Below are positions 51,637-63,822 of a stretch of 64,000 nt of DNA, piece after piece (position 1 is the stretch's first letter; every line of letters starts with the position of its first letter). The DNA comes from an uncultured Planctomycetota bacterium (GTDB lineage Bacteria > Planctomycetota > Planctomycetia > Pirellulales > Lacipirellulaceae), in contig CAVRBU010000001.1 in the NCBI GenBank assembly GCA_963719315.1, forward strand, positions 480,001 through 544,000. The letters run 5' to 3'. Position numbers and translations under genes: made by a program. The notes under the pieces are model-generated. The model had not been told where the DNA came from and made no database searches. It worked only from the letters and a program-made list of their open reading frames with translations.

Positions 51637-52501
51637 GGACCTGCGGCTAGGTGGCGTAGCCTCAGAAGGTTTCCGGCGTGGCCATGGGCAGAAAGTAAAA
51701 AGGTATCAGGTCAGTCAGGTCTCTTTCTTGCAATCGCGGCCTGCCGATGGGTCGCATCGCCGACTCCAAATGCAGCCACCTGGCCGCAGCGACACACCTA
51801 GCGGACGCAGCTCGCTTCGGCTGCCCCGTAAATTACCGACTTCCGCGCCACTCGACTGAATCTATAGCTGGCCAAAAATTAGTGTGGAACTCCCTATGCT
51901 ATTTTGCTACGCTGCCTACCACGCTGTACGCCAGCCATCGCTCTTTGACAATCCAGTAAAGCGACTGCTCTCTCAGCAGGTCGGGCTGTGCCTGACACGC
52001 TCGCGGTACCCTTGCCGCGCATTGGAATCTGCGCATCTGCGTTCATCGGCGGAAAAAAAACAGTCTTCCACCCGCTCGCGCCTTTTTGCCCAAAGCTGGC
52101 CGAAGGGCCGGAACAGCGTAAAACGCCGAGAAAATCGCCACATTTTCAAGGCTCGACCGCTCTGGCGAATAGCTAAGAGCTAACAGCTCATTCCTGCCAG
52201 ATTCCAGCTTCTTAGAGAGCAAACTCGCCTAATATTGCACGTTCCACGCAAGTCCAAACCACTGGATTTCCAGCGGTTCGCTGCCCGAACGCCGCACAAA
52301 ATGGAGGAGTTTTGCACGCGAACAAATTTTTCACGCGTCCGCACAATCGTACTCCCTTGCCGCCCAACGACTTGCGATTTCCATTGCGCAAAGCGCTCGC
52401 GCAAAACTGCACGCCGCTTAGCCGCCCGCTCAGGTATCACTTGGTCAGGCTTTACCTGCCCGCAAAAGATGTCTGCCGGCAAAGAACTGTGGGTCTTGCG
52501 A

Positions 52502-53350
52502 TCAAGAAAACCGCTTCAGCATGTCGCTCGGGACCAGCTTCGTGAACCCGCCGGAACGGAAGCCGGCCAGGTCGAGTGTCACGAACTTGAAGCCCAGCCG
52601 AGTGAGCTCATCGACGATTGCCTTCCGAATTTCCGATTCGAAAACATCGCTCAATTGGGTGAGGGGAACTTCGATCCTGGCCATGTCGTCGGCGTGGTAC
52701 CGCACGCGCAGCTCGCCGATGCCCAGCGAACGCAGAAACTGCTCGGCCCGATCGATCATCGTCAGCCGCTCGGGCGTAACGCTCAAGCCGTAAGCAACGC
52801 GACTCGAAAGGCACGGCGTCGCCGGCTTGTCGGCAACTGGCAGATTCCAATCGGACGCCAGCGCTCGAATATCCGCCTTCGAGAAACCGCACTCCGCGAG
52901 TGGACTGTGGACGGCGTACTCATCGGCCGCTCGCATACCAGGTCGATAGTCGCCCAAATCATCGGCATTCGCCCCATTGACGACGACGTTCACTCCCAAT
53001 CGTTCTCGCACGATGCCGAGTTGAGAATAGAGCTCGCTTTTGCAGTGGTAACATCGGTCGGCGTTGTTGGCCAGGTAACTCGGATTGGCGAATTCATCCG
53101 TCGACAAAACTACGTGCCGGATGCCAATCAACTGCGCCAGCTCCTTAGCTGCGTCGAGCTCGCCCTCCGCCAACGCGGCGCTGGTGCCGGTGACCGCGGT
53201 AGCTTTCTCACCGAGCGCGAGGCGTGCGGCCTTGGCCACGACCGCGCTATCGACCCCACCAGAAAAAGCAACGGCGCACGAACCGTAGCCGGTAAGAAGC
53301 TTTAAGAGCCGATCGCGTTTGACGGTTTGTTCGCTGGACAGAGTCGACAT
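52502..53350 (-). CDS. larE: LarE ATP-dependent sulfur transferase
   Basis: AFSGGVDS PP-loop, RCYHCK, DYRPG, PCLSSR and RVRYH motifs. Confidence 0.92.
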   Translation of the reverse strand: MSTLSSEQTVKRDRLLKLLTGYGSCAVAFSGGVDSAVVAKAARLALGEKATAVTGTSAALAEGELDAAKELAQLIGIRHVVLSTDEFANPSYLANNADRCYHCKSELYSQLGIVRERLGVNVVVNGANADDLGDYRPGMRAADEYAVHSPLAECGFSKADIRALASDWNLPVADKPATPCLSSRVAYGLSVTPERLTMIDRAEQFLRSLGIGELRVRYHADDMARIEVPLTQLSDVFESEIRKAIVDELTRLGFKFVTLDLAGFRSGGFTKLVPSDMLKRFS

Positions 53351-53386
53351 AGTCGGAGTAACTCAAGCGGCTTTGTTCGCCGCAGC

Positions 53387-54196
53387 CTAACCGTCAAGCT
53401 GCTTCAATTCGTCTCGGAGCATGGCCGCGTCTTCGTATCGCTCTTCCATAACGGCCGTCTCAATTTGAGCTCGCAGTTCTGCCGCGCGGTCCACGGCGGC
53501 CGGCACCGCAGTCGCTTCCGTGACGGTTTCGGCAGCATCATTCGAAATCTTGGTGAGGATTTCCTCTTTCCAACGGCGCAGAAACGTCAGCTCGCCCACC
53601 TGAGGCGCCTGATCAACCTGATTGTATTCTTCGAGAAACTGCTCGATCCCGCGAATCCCAGCGTCCAGCACGCCTGCCGCGGCATCCCATTGCTCGAGTT
53701 CCACCAGGGGCGTAGCGACAGCCCGAGCGTGCATCATCGTTACGTAGGGCCGCCATTGATCGAACCGCAGCTTATCGCGCTCATCGCGGGCGTGCCCGCG
53801 CACGAAGGAGAACAGCCGCAAATTGCGCTCGGTATCGCGGGCACACAGTTCATAGTGCCCCAAATGCCAAAAACAAATGTAGCGGTGATAGTATTGCACG
53901 CCCTCTCGCAGAAGCTCGGCGCAATCCTCGGGTTCAAGTTGATAGGGCGCTCCGTCCGGGTTGGCGGCATCGTGATCGCGCTGGCGACGCTGGTGATACT
54001 CGAACCAAGAGGAGGCGTCGTGGATACGGCGTCCGTCCGGCCGGCCATCGAATTCCATCTGCAGCACGCCGAGGTCCAACCGAAGCTGGATCTTTCGATT
54101 GCCATCATCCCCTTTGATCACGCGCACGGTGATCTCATCGGGCCTGTACGGCCAGTCATGCACAATAGGATTGATATCGAACGACACGCGGGGCAT
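53387..54196 (-). CDS. UvrB/UvrC-motif-containing protein
   Basis: C-terminal ERYEDAAMLRDE; QLRLDLG.LQME..GRPDG. Confidence 0.85.
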   Translation of the reverse strand: MPRVSFDINPIVHDWPYRPDEITVRVIKGDDGNRKIQLRLDLGVLQMEFDGRPDGRRIHDASSWFEYHQRRQRDHDAANPDGAPYQLEPEDCAELLREGVQYYHRYICFWHLGHYELCARDTERNLRLFSFVRGHARDERDKLRFDQWRPYVTMMHARAVATPLVELEQWDAAAGVLDAGIRGIEQFLEEYNQVDQAPQVGELTFLRRWKEEILTKISNDAAETVTEATAVPAAVDRAAELRAQIETAVMEERYEDAAMLRDELKQLDG

Positions 54197-55436
54197 TCCT
54201 TCGCGGGAAACTGGACCAGGCAGCCGGCCGGAAGCGAATCCGCGCGCCGACTGCATTCGATGAATGGTATTCCAAACCGGAAGCCGAGAAAACACGAGAA
54301 ATCCAGGCTGCCGAGAATGTGACCGAGAGATTGCCCAGCCTGTCACGCGCCGGATCGCGAGTTACCCGCTCCAGCACCTTTGTATTTCGTTCGACAGCTA
54401 GAATAATCGTGCGTTGTTCCACGCCATCCGGCGAGCTGGCGATAACCGGAATGACTTGCCGACGGTCGGGCAGACTCATTCGCACGGTAAAGCTGCCATC
54501 CGGCCGCAGCGGCACCGGTTCACCTTGCAGCGTGACATGGGCATGAGGATTACTAACTCCGTATACAATCAGCTCGGCATCGACGGCGAACGGCAATTCT
54601 TGGGCACCAGACATTACCCGGGCTGCGCCGCCGCCGTAGCGAGTTTGCATCGGGCTACCCATCGGGCGCCGCAACCTCTCTTCCAGCAACTCCTGAAGTT
54701 CAAGGCTCGTGCCGCGGTCCGAGTAGCCGCCGCTCATGGCGAAGATGCGGTCGGCGTTTTGGTCGATATCGGCCCAGTTTTCGTCCACCGAATCGCTTGT
54801 GCCGGCCGGCGGGGTCGTAACTGTATTGCTGCGAACCAGGCAATAGAACTGGCCGGCGACCGTCAAATAGCCGATTTCCATCCTGTACTTCTGCGGCGGG
54901 TTCTGCACCTCGACGTACCAGTGATTAACGCCGCCGTGAATTACGATCTCGCGATTCACCTCGGCCGCCCCGTCGGCCGCAACTCGAAAAACGCGCAACA
55001 CGGGCCGCGTTCCGTGCCAATTCTGTCCGAGTGCCGATTGGGCTCGCTCCACGGTTCGCGGATCAAGCTCCCAGTAGGCGTGCAACCAATACGGGTCTCG
55101 GACCATTACGACCAACCGGTCCTGAGCGGTCCTATTTGCTGTACCACCATTGCCGCCAGCAAGCTGCCGACTCTCCACGAGTTGAGATCGCAACTGGCGT
55201 AGTTGCTCAAGCTCCTTAGAAGTTCGAATCGCGCGGCCATTCCGCTGCGTTTCTCTCGACAATACGGCAACCGACCCGCGGCCGTTGGAGAACTTCCTCG
55301 GCTTACGTTTAGAATGATTCACGAGCGCGCGGATCAACTCGTCTTTGCGCATCGAGTGCCAACCAGGAAGGCCCACCGAACGGGCAATTTGAGCAAGCTC
55401 CTTGCAACTTTGGTTGCGAAGCGTAGAAGCGGTCAT
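54156..55436 (-). CDS. DUF4912-domain protein with Rho-N-like N-terminus; real stop probably near 54340
   Basis: EL..IAR..G..MRKDELI, VRDPYWLHAYWE and DAELIVYG motifs; the tail after RDPA looks out of frame. Confidence 0.85.
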   Translation of the reverse strand: MTASTLRNQSCKELAQIARSVGLPGWHSMRKDELIRALVNHSKRKPRKFSNGRGSVAVLSRETQRNGRAIRTSKELEQLRQLRSQLVESRQLAGGNGGTANRTAQDRLVVMVRDPYWLHAYWELDPRTVERAQSALGQNWHGTRPVLRVFRVAADGAAEVNREIVIHGGVNHWYVEVQNPPQKYRMEIGYLTVAGQFYCLVRSNTVTTPPAGTSDSVDENWADIDQNADRIFAMSGGYSDRGTSLELQELLEERLRRPMGSPMQTRYGGGAARVMSGAQELPFAVDAELIVYGVSNPHAHVTLQGEPVPLRPDGSFTVRMSLPDRRQVIPVIASSPDGVEQRTIILAVERNTKVLERVTRDPARDRLGNLSVTFSAAWISRVFSASGLEYHSSNAVGARIRFRPAAWSSFPRRNAPRVVRYQSYCA

Positions 55437-56035
55437 TGATTAAAAACTCCGCCTGGATTCAGACTGATATCAAAAGGACGTGCCGGAAACTTAAACCGCA
55501 TCGTCCATGAACCAGAGAAACCACGCGGCAGACAAACGACCGAATATTTCCGCTTTCGACGCTATTGGGTCTGGAATTGCGGCAACAAAACAAATAGGAC
55601 TGCCGGCTTCCAAGCGTTCTTTTTGCCTAACCTAACACAAATCGAAAGGTGTGCATTACCCACGTATTTTCCCGCTACAATCGATACTAACCGAAAACTC
55701 GGAGTTTGGCAACAATTTTGGGGGGAACAGCGGCAGCCCACAGCGTCGCAAAGTATTTGGGCGCAAGCATTAAGGACAATCGCTGAGTGGCCGGTCTGCG
55801 GTAGTTTTACATTTTCCGAACTCGTTCTAATGGATGGCACGCTTTGAGACGCTGTGACGTGTTGCTGTGAAGGTCGTGCTCGCATTGTAGAACATCCCCC
55901 TTCTTCAAGAACGCTCCCCCCTCGATCTGAGCGCCATGATTTGCCTTCGCAGTGCAACGCTCGCCAGCGAATTCTAAGCCGAATTTGCGACGGCGAAAGA
56001 CTTTGTGAAAAAAAGCACAATTTCGTCGTAAGCCG

Positions 56036-56065
56036 TTGACAGGCACCAACGATGCAAGATAAATT
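56036..56065 (+). promoter_or_regulatory. candidate sigma70 promoter of the atp operon
   Basis: TTGACA-N18-TAAATT. Confidence 0.45.
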
Positions 56066-56205
56066 GCTCAACCTACGGCAGTGAAACTTGCGCTTCCACG
56101 CGGGCAATCTGTCGCAAGTGGTGGACGAATTCCCGCGCTTCTTTTCGGGTTGCGAACGGGTTCCAAGCATGCCGCGGAGCAGTCCGCAAAACGGCGGCAT
56201 CGGTA

Positions 56206-56442
56206 ATGATTCCTTCGGACGACCGCTCGGTGCTAGCGACGGCGTATGAGTGGTCCTCGCGAATCATTATCGTTTCGCTCGTAATGGTCCTTCCCGGTCT
56301 GGCAGGCTACTGGATTGATAAGCAAGCGGGCACAGTTTGTTTGTTTCTGGTAATCGGACTGATAGTCGGGGGCACCGTCGGGATAAGGCGCCTGATCAAC
56401 CTGGCTAGTGAAAGTTCTAAAAAGCGAAACAACGACATATAG
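56206..56442 (+). CDS. AtpZ/AtpI-family protein
   Basis: two TM helices with GYWID; first gene of the atp operon. Confidence 0.8.
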   Translation: MIPSDDRSVLATAYEWSSRIIIVSLVMVLPGLAGYWIDKQAGTVCLFLVIGLIVGGTVGIRRLINLASESSKKRNNDI

Positions 56443-56466
56443 ACGCGAATCAAAGATTTTAAAGAC

Positions 56467-56937
56467 GTGCTTAGAAGCATATCAATATCACCAGACTTAA
56501 AGCCGGTGGGCGCCATTCATAGGTCGCTTCCGGCTGCACTTGCCAGTCTTGGAATGGCAGTCCTACTCGGGCCATTTGCGTACGCCCAATTCGGTTTTCC
56601 CGGATTAGTCGTCGTTTCTAGCCTCGGAACTGCGACTATCGTGTCTGTTTGGCTGGCTTCGTGGGGTGCGACGAAGCTTTCACATGAACATGAAATGGTC
56701 GCGAGGTTATTTGCATCGAGTGGCGTGCGCATGGTAGCGCCTTTGATCATCGCACTCGTGGTCGTGATGGGGCGCGGCCACATCGCACCGGTCGAGTCGA
56801 TGTACTATGTGGTGCCCCTGTATCTGTGCATGCTGGTCGTGGACGTCATCGGTTGGGTTCGCGAAGCACAAATGTCCGTGCCAACCGCAACCGAACTTGC
56901 ACAACGGGGTTCGATCGCGAGTGGCGAGGTCGGCTAA
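56467..56937 (+). CDS. AtpI-like membrane protein
   Basis: four TM helices; directly before atpB. Confidence 0.6.
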   Translation: MLRSISISPDLKPVGAIHRSLPAALASLGMAVLLGPFAYAQFGFPGLVVVSSLGTATIVSVWLASWGATKLSHEHEMVARLFASSGVRMVAPLIIALVVVMGRGHIAPVESMYYVVPLYLCMLVVDVIGWVREAQMSVPTATELAQRGSIASGEVG

Positions 56938-56940
56938 AGC

Positions 56941-57897
56941 ATGGCAGAAGACGCGTTAGATCCGAACCATCTATTTGGGCACGTCCAGGACGCGCCGTAC
57001 TTCGATGTACCTCGCAAGCTCTCGCAGGACGGCAAGGGGCATATCTTTTTGCCGCAACCATTCGCAAAGCCGATGGTTGGCGCCGATGGGAAACCATTGC
57101 TCGACGGCCACGGGCATCCCAAATACGAGGTCGTGTGGCAGGCGCATAGTTCGTCGCCAATGCTCAACCAAATCTTCCAGCCGCTCGATCTAACATTGAC
57201 CAAATTCATGGTGATTGAGGTCGTAGTTGCTTTGCTTATTTGCGTTTTGTTCATGGGGCTTGCGTTTCGCATCCGCCACGGCGGCACTCCCAAAGGCCGG
57301 CTTTGGAACATGCTGGAAGCTTTTCTCGTCTATCTTCGTGATTTTGTCGCCGTGCCGGCCATCGGCTCGCACGATGCCCGCCGATTTGCACCCTTGGTGT
57401 GGACCGTCTTTTTTTTCGTCCTTGGTTGCAATCTGATGGGAATGTTGCCGTGGGCCGGCTCACCAACAGCGTCGTTTGCAGTGACCGCTGCATTGGCATT
57501 TGTCGTATTTGTAACAGTCATCGGTTCTGGCATGGTGAAACTTGGTGTTTGGGGATTCTGGAAAGCCCAAGTACCGCACATGGATTTGCCCAAGCCGGTG
57601 GCTATCTTCTTGATCCCGATGATATTCGTGATCGAGATTTTTGGATTGTTAGTCAAGCATTTTGTCTTAGCGGTGCGACTTTTAGCCAATATGATTGGCG
57701 GCCACGTGGTGCTGGCGGTATTGCTCGCGTTCATCACGGCGACCGCAAGCTCGCTCATGTTTTGGGGAGTGATGCCTGCGAGCGTGTTGGGGGCGACCGC
57801 GCTCAGCCTGCTGGAGTTGTTGGTCGCCTTTATCCAAGCCTATATTTTTGCATTTTTGGCTGCGTTGTTTATCGGCATGGCCGTTCATCCACACTAG
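56941..57897 (+). CDS. atpB: ATP synthase subunit a
   Basis: LAVRLLAN and LVAFIQAYIF motifs. Confidence 0.95.
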   Translation: MAEDALDPNHLFGHVQDAPYFDVPRKLSQDGKGHIFLPQPFAKPMVGADGKPLLDGHGHPKYEVVWQAHSSSPMLNQIFQPLDLTLTKFMVIEVVVALLICVLFMGLAFRIRHGGTPKGRLWNMLEAFLVYLRDFVAVPAIGSHDARRFAPLVWTVFFFVLGCNLMGMLPWAGSPTASFAVTAALAFVVFVTVIGSGMVKLGVWGFWKAQVPHMDLPKPVAIFLIPMIFVIEIFGLLVKHFVLAVRLLANMIGGHVVLAVLLAFITATASSLMFWGVMPASVLGATALSLLELLVAFIQAYIFAFLAALFIGMAVHPH

Positions 57898-57983
57898 ATG
57901 ACCGGTTTTTTTCCGATGGTAAGCGCCGGTTTTGCGTTCACATCCAATTGGTAACAATTCGCTTTCACTAAGGAGACAAGACT

Positions 57984-58313
57984 GTGGGAAACTTGATTCG
58001 TATCGGTGTGATGTGTTTGGCGGTAACGGCAATTGCCTCGACGGCGATGGCCCAAGCTCCGGCGCCCGAGGCTGCACCGAAGGCGACGGCAACACCCTCC
58101 AGCTACAACATGAACCTGGGTGCCGCGCTCGGCGCGGGCGTCGTGATTCTCGGCGCCGGACTCGGCATTGGTCGTATCGGTGGCCAGGCGGTGGAAGGGA
58201 TGTCACGTCAGCCTGAAGCGGAGGGCAACATTCAGACGGCCATGATCATTGCCGCAGCTCTGATCGAAGGTGCCACGTTCTTTGCCCTGATTGTCGTGTT
58301 GATTAAGGGCTAA
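57984..58313 (+). CDS. atpE: ATP synthase subunit c with N-terminal extension
   Basis: GxGxG, RQPE and ALIEG motifs. Confidence 0.95.
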   Translation: MGNLIRIGVMCLAVTAIASTAMAQAPAPEAAPKATATPSSYNMNLGAALGAGVVILGAGLGIGRIGGQAVEGMSRQPEAEGNIQTAMIIAAALIEGATFFALIVVLIKG

Positions 58314-58328
58314 GCGGCTTAAGGGTGA

Positions 58329-58988
58329 ATGATGAGCATTGCACGATTTGGTTGTGCGGTTGTGATCGCCAGCGTGGCGGCTGTAAATGCGGGCGCGACG
58401 CGACTTTACGCGGCGGCGCCTGAGACGCCGATCGTCGATACGGAGGCAAAAGTAGCGGCGGAAGCGGAGCACGAGTCTGGGCCGAACCCACTGGCCTTTG
58501 ACCCGGACCTCGCGATTTTTACGGCGATCGTGTTTTTGCTGCTGCTAGCGATCCTCGGCAAATTCGCGTGGCCGCAAATTACGGCGGCCCTCGACGAACG
58601 CGAACGCAAGATCGCGGACAATATAGCCGCCGCTGAAGCTCAGCATGAAGCAGCGAAGCGCCTGCTCGCGGAGCATGAAGCGAAGCTGGCGGCGGCAGCG
58701 GGTGAAGTCCGCGCGATGTTGGAAGAGGCTCGCCGCGATGCGGACCACACCCGACAGCGGATCGAGACCGAGGGCCATCAAGCCGCCAAGGAAGAGCTCG
58801 ATCGGGCGGTGCGGGAAATTGGCCGGGCGCGCGATGCAGCCGTTCAAGACTTAGCCGTAGCCAGCGCCAACGTGGCGATCGACCTGGCAAGGGGAGTCGT
58901 TCGCGATGAGATTTCCGCCGACCGGCAGCAGCAGATCGTACGCGAAGCCCTGAGCAAACTCAGCACGGCAACTCCCAGCACGAATTGA
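58329..58988 (+). CDS. atpF: ATP synthase subunit b
   Basis: TM + KFAWPQI..ALDERE + coiled coil. Confidence 0.93.
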   Translation: MMSIARFGCAVVIASVAAVNAGATRLYAAAPETPIVDTEAKVAAEAEHESGPNPLAFDPDLAIFTAIVFLLLLAILGKFAWPQITAALDERERKIADNIAAAEAQHEAAKRLLAEHEAKLAAAAGEVRAMLEEARRDADHTRQRIETEGHQAAKEELDRAVREIGRARDAAVQDLAVASANVAIDLARGVVRDEISADRQQQIVREALSKLSTATPSTN

Positions 58989-58998
58989 AAGCAGCCTT

Positions 58999-59640
58999 TT
59001 GACGTTGGAAACCACCGACGCAGCAACGTTGAAGCACGAAACCGTGATGGATGTCACCGAGGAGCAAATTGCGCGCGTGTACGCCAAGGCTTTTTTGGGC
59101 GCAACCGCCAAGTCGGCCGATGCGGATGCGCTGGTCGAGGAGCTGGATTCGATTGTGGACGACGTGCTCAACCGCTTTCCAAAGCTCGAGCGAACGCTGG
59201 AATCTTCGCTCGTGTCGCCGGAGCAAAAGGAGCAATTGCTAGGTCGCATATTAAGCGGCCGCGCGTCGCGCGAAGTACTGAACTTTTTGAAGGTACTATC
59301 GCGGCACGGACGACTGGGAATCGTTCGCTCGGCGACAAGATTGGTAGCGAAATTACACTCCGAGCGGCGCGGTTTAACGGATGTCGAAGTTCGCGTTGCC
59401 ACGCCGCCCGACGATGGATTGCGCAACGAGATTCACGCACATCTTCGCAAGGTATTGGGTACCGAGCCTGTCTTGAATATTAAGGTCGATCCATCAATTC
59501 TGGCCGGCATCGTCATCCGCGTCGGCGATCGCGTGTATGATGGCTCCGTCCTAACTCGCTTGGAGCGCGCCCGTACGGCCATGATCGACAAAGCCACCGA
59601 ACAAATTGAATCCAGGCCAGAGAGATTTATGGTCGCGTAG
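58999..59640 (+). CDS. atpH: ATP synthase subunit delta
   Basis: ARVYAKA and DPSILAG..RVGD.VYDGS motifs. Confidence 0.93.
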   Translation: MTLETTDAATLKHETVMDVTEEQIARVYAKAFLGATAKSADADALVEELDSIVDDVLNRFPKLERTLESSLVSPEQKEQLLGRILSGRASREVLNFLKVLSRHGRLGIVRSATRLVAKLHSERRGLTDVEVRVATPPDDGLRNEIHAHLRKVLGTEPVLNIKVDPSILAGIVIRVGDRVYDGSVLTRLERARTAMIDKATEQIESRPERFMVA

Positions 59641-59661
59641 GTCAGGCTCCAGCCTGACCTA
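59637..59661. repeat. single GTAG-type REP overlapping the atpH stop
   Basis: GTAGGTCAGGCTCCAGCCTGACCTA. Confidence 0.6.
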
Positions 59662-59676
59662 TAAAGAGGAGAACTT

Positions 59677-61238
59677 ATGAAATTCAACAGCGACGAAATC
59701 GCGTCCGTCATCCAACAGGAAATCGAGCAATTCGAGTCGCAGATCGACGTCCGCGACGTCGGCCGCGTGCTCGAAGTCGGCGATGGCATTGCCCGCGTCT
59801 ATGGGCTCTCCGGCGTTATGGCCCAGGAGATGGTCGAGTTCGCCAACGGGACGATCGGACTGGCGTTCAATCTCGAAGAAAACTCCGTCGGCATCATCAT
59901 CCTGGGCGACTATTTGCAGATTGCCGAAGGCGATGAGGTCCGCAGCACGGGCCGACTTCTGAGCGTGCCCGTCGGCGACGAACTTTTGGGCCGCGTGGTC
60001 GATCCACTCGGCAATCCGTTGGACGGCAAAGGCCCGATCGTCACAAAAATGCGACGCCCCGTGGAGCTCATCGCCCCCGGCGTCGCCGAGCGGGCGCCTG
60101 TGAGCGAGCCGTTGCAAACGGGCCTCAAGGCGATCGACGCGATGACACCGATCGGCCGCGGTCAGCGCGAACTGATCATCGGCGACCGCAAGACGGGTAA
60201 GACAGCGGTTGGCATTGATGCGATCATCAATCAACGCGACTCGGGCGTGAAGTGTTTCTACGTGGCGATTGGTCAGAAGGATTCAACGATTCGCGGCGTG
60301 ATCGAACGACTTACCGAAACGGGCGCCATGGATTACACGACGGTGATTGTCTCCGGCGCCAGCTCCCCGCCCCGCTGCAATATGTCGCCCCGTACTCCGG
60401 AACCGCGATGGCCGAGCACTACATGTTCGGTGGCGGTCATGCGCTCATTGTGTACGACGACTTGAGCAAGCAAGCGGTCGCTTACCGGCAGTTGTCTCTG
60501 CTGCTCCGCCGGCCGCCGGGCCGCGAGGCTTACCCGGGCGATGTGTTCTACTGTCACAGCCGGTTACTGGAGCGGTCGGCTAAGCTTTCCGATGAGCTAG
60601 GCGCCGGCTCCCTCACCTCGCTGCCGATCATCGAAACGCTGGAAGGCGAAGTCTCGGCATACATTCCGACAAACGTGATCTCCATCACCGACGGCCAAAT
60701 CTACCTGCAGCCGGACCTGTTTTTCGCTGGCGTGAAGCCCGCCATGAATGCGGGCATTTCGGTGTCCCGCGTCGGTGGCGCCGCCCAAATCAAGATTATG
60801 AAGAAAGTGGCCGGCGGCTTGCGGCTCGATTTGGCCGCCTTCCGCGAATTGGAAGCGTTCGCCCAACTTGGCACTGAGCTCGATGCAGCCACGCAAGCCC
60901 GGCTCGACCGCGGTTACCGCATGGTCGAAATCCTCAAGCAAGGGCAGTACCAGCCGATGCACGTTCTCGAACAGGTGCTGATTATCTACGCCGGCACGCG
61001 CGGCCACTTGGATAAGGTATCGGTCACCGAGGTCCAGGCCTGGGAAAAGCAGTTCCTGGAATTCGTCCACAACCAGAAATCCGAGCTCTGGGACGCATTG
61101 CTCGACAAACAGGATTTGACGGACGACATCGCCAAACAAATCGAATCCGCCATCAAGGAATTCCAGGCCCAATTCGCCCATGGTGGCGCAAAAGTCAATC
61201 CAGCCGACTCGCGTGCCCGCGAAACGGTCGCCGTGTAA
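59677..61238 (+). CDS. atpA: ATP synthase subunit alpha; 1-nt frameshift near 60366
   Basis: [16 protein letters not shown] and [10 protein letters not shown] across two frames. Confidence 0.95.
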
Positions 61239-61276
61239 CCTTCAGTTCACATTGTCCCCTGTTCCCCCTCTTCCCA

Positions 61277-62188
61277 ATGGCCAATCCCCGCGTACTTGAC
61301 AAACGCCGCCGCTCGATCCGCAACATCCGCAAGATTACGCGGACGATGGAGCTGATTGCGACTGCGCGATTCAAGAAGGCGATGGACCGCGCGTCGGCCG
61401 CCACCGCCTTCACGAACCGCATGACGCAGCTCGTACGCGACTTGCTCGCCAGCGGGCTGGAAGTGCATCACCCGCTGCTCGAGAAGCGAGAAGCGGTTCG
61501 CAATGCCACGCTGCTAGTGCTCACTGCCAACCGCGGCCTTTGCGGCGGATTCAATGGCAACCTTCAGCGGGCCGGGTTTCACCGTTGGTTGGAACTTAAG
61601 CAGGCGATTCCCAACTGTCATTTGGAAATCGTCGGCAAGCGCGGCATTTCCGCGTTCAAGTTCCGCGGCATCACGCCCGGCACGAGTTACACTCACTTCG
61701 AAGACAGGCCGTCGTTTGACGAAGTGGACGTCATCGCTAGTCGCTATTTAGACGAGTACACAACCGGCAAGCTCGATCGGCTGGATGTCGTCTACACGAA
61801 ATTCCTAAGTGTCGCGCGGCAACAAATCGTCATCGAAACTCTGCTGCCATTAACGGCGATTGGAGCAGAGGCCACGGCAACAAGCACTGGCAATTCCGGT
61901 GGCGCCCAAACGGAGCAAACTGGGTTGAGGGCGATTTATGAGTTCTTGCCGTCGCCTGACAGCATCTTGGACGAAGTGGTGCCCGCCAGCTTCAAAGTGA
62001 AATTGTTCAAGTGCTTTCTGGATTCCGCCGTAAGTGAACAGATTGCCCGGATGGTGGCGATGAAAGCCGCGACTGAAAACGCCGGCGATCTCATTCATCG
62101 GTTGAGCATGCAATACAACCGCGCTCGCCAAGGCCGAATCACGTCCGAACTCATGGACGTCATCGGCGGCGTAGAAGCCCTCAGCTAA
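61277..62188 (+). CDS. atpG: ATP synthase subunit gamma
   Basis: KITRTMELI, RGLCG and RARQ..ITSEL motifs. Confidence 0.96.
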   Translation: MANPRVLDKRRRSIRNIRKITRTMELIATARFKKAMDRASAATAFTNRMTQLVRDLLASGLEVHHPLLEKREAVRNATLLVLTANRGLCGGFNGNLQRAGFHRWLELKQAIPNCHLEIVGKRGISAFKFRGITPGTSYTHFEDRPSFDEVDVIASRYLDEYTTGKLDRLDVVYTKFLSVARQQIVIETLLPLTAIGAEATATSTGNSGGAQTEQTGLRAIYEFLPSPDSILDEVVPASFKVKLFKCFLDSAVSEQIARMVAMKAATENAGDLIHRLSMQYNRARQGRITSELMDVIGGVEALS

Positions 62189-62227
62189 ATAGCGTCCTCG
62201 GCCTTTACAACTTTCGCCGCAAACTAA

Positions 62228-63712
<1,485 letters not shown>

Positions 63713-63822
63713 GTTAAGCCGCGACGAGCGAGGATCCCAAGCGACCGCGGCGGAGCGTGCCTTCACTCTCTCCTTCTCCCGGACGGCGTTTAGAACTCAT
63801 AAGCAAATTCACAATCTGACCA

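Noticed and set aside
60355..60380. Split atpA as a pseudogene or programmed frameshift
   Set aside because: One missing C in a C-run restores GASSPAPLQY in an essential gene. Similar small indels in purF (~30540), the aldehyde dehydrogenase (~23593, CCAG[G]), SNF2 (~19195), VKOR (~45830), DUF4912 (~54345) and the subtilase point to long-read consensus errors; short-read polishing would decide.
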